Below are positions 60,162 to 64,000 of a DNA stretch of 64,000 bases, one piece after another. A program made the position numbers and the translations under genes. Every line of letters starts with the position of its first letter. The stretch's first letter is position 1. Source of the DNA: Magnetococcales bacterium (GTDB lineage Bacteria > Pseudomonadota > Magnetococcia > Magnetococcales > JADFYX01); contig PEAM01000007.1 of assembly GCA_002753565.1 (NCBI GenBank), positions 7,389 to 71,388 on the forward strand. The letters run 5' to 3'. The notes beneath the pieces were generated by a model. It was not told the origin of the DNA, did no database searches, and saw only the letters and a list, made by a program, of their open reading frames with translations.

Positions 60162-61009
60162 TTGACCCCGAACAGACCCTGGAACCCCTTTTCCCCAACT
60201 CCCCGCCTCTCGATAGCCGCTCTGCGGATCTTCGACGTCTGGTATTGCGGGCTATGGAGGGGGGCGGACGGGGCCACCCCGGACCGGCTCTCTCTCTGAT
60301 AGAGATCCTGCGGGTTCTCTATGATGATATCCTGCTTTACAAAGCCAACAAGCCGGATTGGAAAAAGCGGGATCGCTGTATTCTCAGCAAGGGGCATGGC
60401 TGTCTGGCTCTCTATGCTCTTTTAGCAGACAAGGGCTTTTTTCCGGTTGAGGCGTTGGATGAATTTTGCCATTTCAATGCCATTTTGGGCGGGCACCCAG
60501 AGCGGGGAAAAATCCCCGGCGTGGAGGCCTCCACCGGAGCGTTGGGCCACGGCCTCTCCATTGGTGTTGGTCAGGCGCTGGCGGCCAAACTGCAAAAGCA
60601 GGCTTTTCGCTCTGTGGTGGTCATGGGGGATGGTGAGATCAACGAAGGGTCGGTCTGGGAGGCTGCCCTGACGGCGGCCAAGCATCGGCTGGATAATCTG
60701 ATCGCCATCATCGACTACAATAAACTCCAATCCTACGGCACCACCCGCCAGGTTTTGAATATGGAACCCATGACCGATAAATGGGCCGCCTTTGGCTTTA
60801 CGGTTCACCAGGTGGATGGACACGATGTGGAGGCCTTGCGAACCACCCTGAAAACCCCACCTGTTCCTGGCAAACCCACCGCCATCATCTGCCACACCAT
60901 CAAAGGTAAAGGGCTGCCCCCGGCAGAGAACAACCCGGCCTGGCACCATCAATCCCGAATGGCTCCTGAGCAGTTTTCTGAACTGTATCAAGCCCTGGAA
61001 GTAAAATAA
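60149..61009 (+). CDS. Transketolase, N-terminal (TPP-binding) subunit
   Basis: 286 aa. GRGHPGPALSLIEIL, GALGHGLSIGVGQAL, VVMGDGEINEGSVWEA (GDG-x-N TPP motif). Overlaps the kinase gene by 13 nt. Confidence 0.9.
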   Translation: MDIMIDPEQTLEPLFPNSPPLDSRSADLRRLVLRAMEGGGRGHPGPALSLIEILRVLYDDILLYKANKPDWKKRDRCILSKGHGCLALYALLADKGFFPVEALDEFCHFNAILGGHPERGKIPGVEASTGALGHGLSIGVGQALAAKLQKQAFRSVVVMGDGEINEGSVWEAALTAAKHRLDNLIAIIDYNKLQSYGTTRQVLNMEPMTDKWAAFGFTVHQVDGHDVEALRTTLKTPPVPGKPTAIICHTIKGKGLPPAENNPAWHHQSRMAPEQFSELYQALEVK

Positions 61010-61938
61010 TGCGAAAAACCTGTTTGAACTCTATCTTTGAACTGGCCAAAAAAGATGACCGTGTTCTCTTTCTCGGCTCGGACCTGGGGTCTAAAACCGG
61101 GGATGATTTCCTCAAGGCCTTTCCCGAACGTTTTTTTATGGAGGGCATTGCCGAACAGAACCTCATCGGCATGGCAGCCGGATTGGCGATGGAGGGGTAC
61201 ATCCCTTACGTTAACACCATTGCCAGTTTTCTGACCCGGCGCTGTCTGGAGCAGATCACCGTCGATCTTTGTCTTCACGACCTTCCCGTCCGCCTGATCG
61301 GCAACGGAGGTGGTCTGGTCTACGCCCCCCTCGGCCCGACCCACCTGGCCCCGGACGATTTTGCCCTGATGCGGGCCTTGCCCAACATGACCATTCTGGC
61401 CCCCTCCGATGCGGTACAAATGCGTGCCATCATGAAACAGACCCTGGAGTGGCCCCACCCCATCTACATCCGCCTGGCGAAAGGGGGAGACCCGGTGGTT
61501 TTCCCCAAAAAAACCAAGGTGGAGATCGGTAAAGCCTTCTCTCTACGGGAGGGACGCCACGCCATGATCATCACCACGGGCGCCATGGCTCATCGGGCAT
61601 TGGAAGCGGCTGAAACCATGGGAAAAAAAGGGTTGGATTGTGCCGTTCTCCACCTGCATACGGTCAAACCCCTGGATGAGGCCGCCCTGCTGGAGGCTGC
61701 TTCGAGTTTTCCACTCCTGGTCACCATAGAGGAGCACTCCCGCATCGGCGGGTTTGGGAGTGCGGTGGCAGAACTGCTTGCCGACAGAGGCCCCTACCCC
61801 GGCCCTCGCCTGTTACGTCTGGCTCTACCCGATACCTTTGCCAACCATTATGGCTCTCAAGATGAGCAACTGGAAGTCGCGGGATTGCAACCCAGATCCA
61901 TTGCCAAGGCCGTGATTAAAAGTTTGTTCGGAGCCTAG
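61009..61938 (+). CDS. Transketolase, C-terminal (pyrimidine-binding) subunit
   Basis: 309 aa. RFFMEGIAEQNLIGMAAGLAMEG, GPTHLAPDDFALMRALPNM. Shares 1 nt (61009) with the N-subunit stop codon. Confidence 0.9.
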   Translation: MRKTCLNSIFELAKKDDRVLFLGSDLGSKTGDDFLKAFPERFFMEGIAEQNLIGMAAGLAMEGYIPYVNTIASFLTRRCLEQITVDLCLHDLPVRLIGNGGGLVYAPLGPTHLAPDDFALMRALPNMTILAPSDAVQMRAIMKQTLEWPHPIYIRLAKGGDPVVFPKKTKVEIGKAFSLREGRHAMIITTGAMAHRALEAAETMGKKGLDCAVLHLHTVKPLDEAALLEAASSFPLLVTIEEHSRIGGFGSAVAELLADRGPYPGPRLLRLALPDTFANHYGSQDEQLEVAGLQPRSIAKAVIKSLFGA

Positions 61939-61943
61939 ATTTT

Positions 61944-63008
61944 ATGTCAACTCTCTATAGCAACTTCAAGTTTCTTCGCTTTCAAGACCATCTGAAGGCT
62001 TACCAGAATCGACAGGTGTTGGCCCCTGTCCATATCCGCATCAAGCCCACCAACCACTGTAACCATGACTGCTGGTACTGTGCCTATAAGGTGAGCAACC
62101 TGCAACTGGGAGAGGATATGGTGGAGGCAGATGCCATTTCGGAAGAGAAGATGGCGGAGATTGTCGAGGATTGTATCGCCATGGGGGTTAAGGCGGTCAC
62201 CTTTTCCGGTGGCGGGGAGCCGCTGCTCTATAAAACCCTGCCCCAAACTGTCAGCCGTCTTGCCCAGGGTGGGGTGCGGGTGGCCACCCTGACCAACGGC
62301 AGCAATCTGAAAGGAAAAATGGCTGAAGCCTTCGCCCAATACGGCACCTGGGTTCGCATTTCGGTGGATGGCTGGGATGATGCCAGCTATAACCGGGCAA
62401 GGGGCATCAAGGGGGACGCCTTCTCTCAGTTGATCCGCAACATGAAAGACTTCTCTCAGATGGCATCCCAGTGTGTGCTTGGCGTCAGCTTTATTGTCAC
62501 GCCAGAGAATGTCTCCCATCTGGTTGAAGCCTGCACCACCTTCAAGGAGGCTGGCGCCAATCATGTCAAACTCTCGGGGGTGGTGGTGGCCAACGAAGGG
62601 CATGAGAACAACCGCTATCATGCTCGCATCCAACAACAGGTCGCAGCAGAGATAGCCAAAGCGTCTCAACTGAACGACGATCATTTTTCTCTCATCAACC
62701 ACTACCACGAACTGGAAGAGCGCTTCGACAAAGCCTACACCACCTGCCCCTTTCTACAGTTTTTAACCGTTATCGGCGCCGACTGTTCGGTCTACTCCTG
62801 TCAGGACAAAGCCTATACTCAGAGCGGTCTGCTCGGCTCGTGTCGGGATCGCTCTTTTAAAGCGTTTTGGTTTTCCGAAGAGAACAGAAAGCGGCTGTTC
62901 TCTCTAGATCCCTCCCAAGCGTGTCACCACCACTGTGTCTCCCACAACAAAAACCTGGCCATTGAAGAATTTATCCGCATGGACCCCGACCATGGGCAAT
63001 TTGTCTAG
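61944..63008 (+). CDS. Radical SAM enzyme
   Basis: CNHDCWYC (CxxxCxxC) at residues ~39-46, a GGGEPLL SAM-binding motif, and extra C-terminal Cys residues (CPFLQF...CSVYSCQD...C..HHC). Confidence 0.9.
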   Translation: MSTLYSNFKFLRFQDHLKAYQNRQVLAPVHIRIKPTNHCNHDCWYCAYKVSNLQLGEDMVEADAISEEKMAEIVEDCIAMGVKAVTFSGGGEPLLYKTLPQTVSRLAQGGVRVATLTNGSNLKGKMAEAFAQYGTWVRISVDGWDDASYNRARGIKGDAFSQLIRNMKDFSQMASQCVLGVSFIVTPENVSHLVEACTTFKEAGANHVKLSGVVVANEGHENNRYHARIQQQVAAEIAKASQLNDDHFSLINHYHELEERFDKAYTTCPFLQFLTVIGADCSVYSCQDKAYTQSGLLGSCRDRSFKAFWFSEENRKRLFSLDPSQACHHHCVSHNKNLAIEEFIRMDPDHGQFV

Positions 63009-63026
63009 CCTGAGAGTGAGAAAAAC

Positions 63027-63689
63027 ATGAAACGAGTCGATTTTATCTCCGAGCTTCACACCCGCACCCAACGGGACTATGTCCAACGGGTGGTGGAGCA
63101 CGATAAAGCCGAGTGTGCCACCAAAGCCAAACAGTGGGGTTTTGACTATTGGGATGGGGAACGCCAGTATGGCTATGGCGGCTATCGCTACGATGGGCGC
63201 TGGCTGAGTGTGGCCCAAAAGATGGCCCGTCATTATGGGCTGAAAGCGGGAGATAAAATTTTAGATGTCGGGTGTGGTAAAGCTTTTTTGCTCTATGAGT
63301 TTACCCAGGCGGTACCCGGCTGTGAGGTGGCGGGGCTGGACATCTCCTCCTATGCCATCCAAAACGCCAAAGAAGAGGTTCGGCCTTTTTTGATAGAGGG
63401 TAACGCTACCGAGCTTCCCTTTGAGGATAACAGCTTCGATTTTGTCTACTCCATCACCACCCTGCACAATCTACGCTGTTACGATCTGGAAAAAGCCATC
63501 CGTGAGATAGAACGGGTGGGCCGGGGACATAAACTGATTGTTCCTGAAGCCTACCGAAACGAAAAAGAGAAGGCCAACCTACTCTATTGGCAGCTAACCT
63601 GTGAGGCCTTTTGCACCCCGGAAGAGTGGCAGTGGTGGTCCCGGCACTGCGGCTATTCCGGTGATTGGGATTTTATCTTTTTTGAGTAG
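63027..63689 (+). CDS. Class I SAM-dependent methyltransferase
   Basis: Motif I ILDVGCGKAFLLYEF and an acidic post-I loop. N-terminal YWDGERQYGYGGYRYDGRW segment. 220 aa. Confidence 0.85.
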   Translation: MKRVDFISELHTRTQRDYVQRVVEHDKAECATKAKQWGFDYWDGERQYGYGGYRYDGRWLSVAQKMARHYGLKAGDKILDVGCGKAFLLYEFTQAVPGCEVAGLDISSYAIQNAKEEVRPFLIEGNATELPFEDNSFDFVYSITTLHNLRCYDLEKAIREIERVGRGHKLIVPEAYRNEKEKANLLYWQLTCEAFCTPEEWQWWSRHCGYSGDWDFIFFE

Positions 63690-63739
63690 AACACCCCGCT
63701 ACCAGAGTCCATTTAACGCAAGAAGAGCCAGGAGTTGTT

Positions 63740-64000
63740 ATGGGTAAAGAGTTTGGTAAAGAGTCTGGGAACCAATCCAACAAGGAGATAAACACACCCG
63801 ACGACCACGGTAATCAAACAGCCGCACTTATTTCTCAAGGAATAACACACCATCAAGAGGGAGAGCTGGCCCAAGCTCGCCGTTGTTATGAGTCAGCTCT
63901 GCAATTGGCCCCCAACAACCCTCAACTTATTTATCTACGTGGCATTCTTGCCAGCCAATTAAAAGAGCACCAACTGGCTGTGGATCTGTTAAGCCAAACC
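63740..64000 (+). CDS. Partial CDS (runs off the right edge): TPR-repeat protein N-terminus
   Basis: ATG 63740 after GGAG. ...GITHHQEGELAQARRCYESALQLAPNNPQLIYLRGILASQLKEHQLAVDLLSQT is TPR-like. The frame is open to the window end and is absent from the ORF track. Confidence 0.6.
   Translation, partial: MGKEFGKESGNQSNKEINTPDDHGNQTAALISQGITHHQEGELAQARRCYESALQLAPNNPQLIYLRGILASQLKEHQLAVDLLSQT

Overview
This is a 64-kb chromosomal stretch from a Gram-negative, proteobacterium-like genome. It looks moderately GC-rich by eye, with short AT-rich promoter islands. Coding is dense: about 50 CDS on both strands, many with 1-13 nt overlaps. All family calls come from motif recognition by eye, because no database search was possible. 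Housekeeping genes I recognise are infA, parE, uvrB, msrA, cobT/cobC, a fused 5-oxoprolinase, ETF-ubiquinone oxidoreductase and PLP aminotransferases. The envelope and efflux genes form several groups. One is a TetR / MMPL-RND exporter / LolA-like / beta-barrel module preceded by a perfect 20-bp inverted-repeat operator. Another is a CusB-CusA-TolC-like tripartite pump. Its outer-membrane factor carries a C-terminal SPOR domain, and its RND subunit appears, by eye, to lack the canonical proton-relay and Met-triad residues. AmpG and an M23 peptidase are also present. Signalling genes include a hybrid histidine kinase with a CheY-like regulator, a GGDEF-EAL protein, and an 888-aa fusion of an MBL hydrolase, two cNMP-binding domains and a hemerythrin; this fusion is my top lead. 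The right end holds an operon (HAD, APH-like kinase, split transketolase, radical SAM, methyltransferase, TPR) that looks like sugar or glycan tailoring. A 17-nt quasi-palindrome (CGWTAA-N5-TTAWCG) recurs just upstream of the start codons of a convergent Rieske / Aas-like gene pair and again upstream of ampG. I found no rRNA, tRNA, CRISPR array or intact mobile element. The only mobile-element trace is a C-terminally truncated tyrosine-recombinase ORF in an AT-rich pocket.
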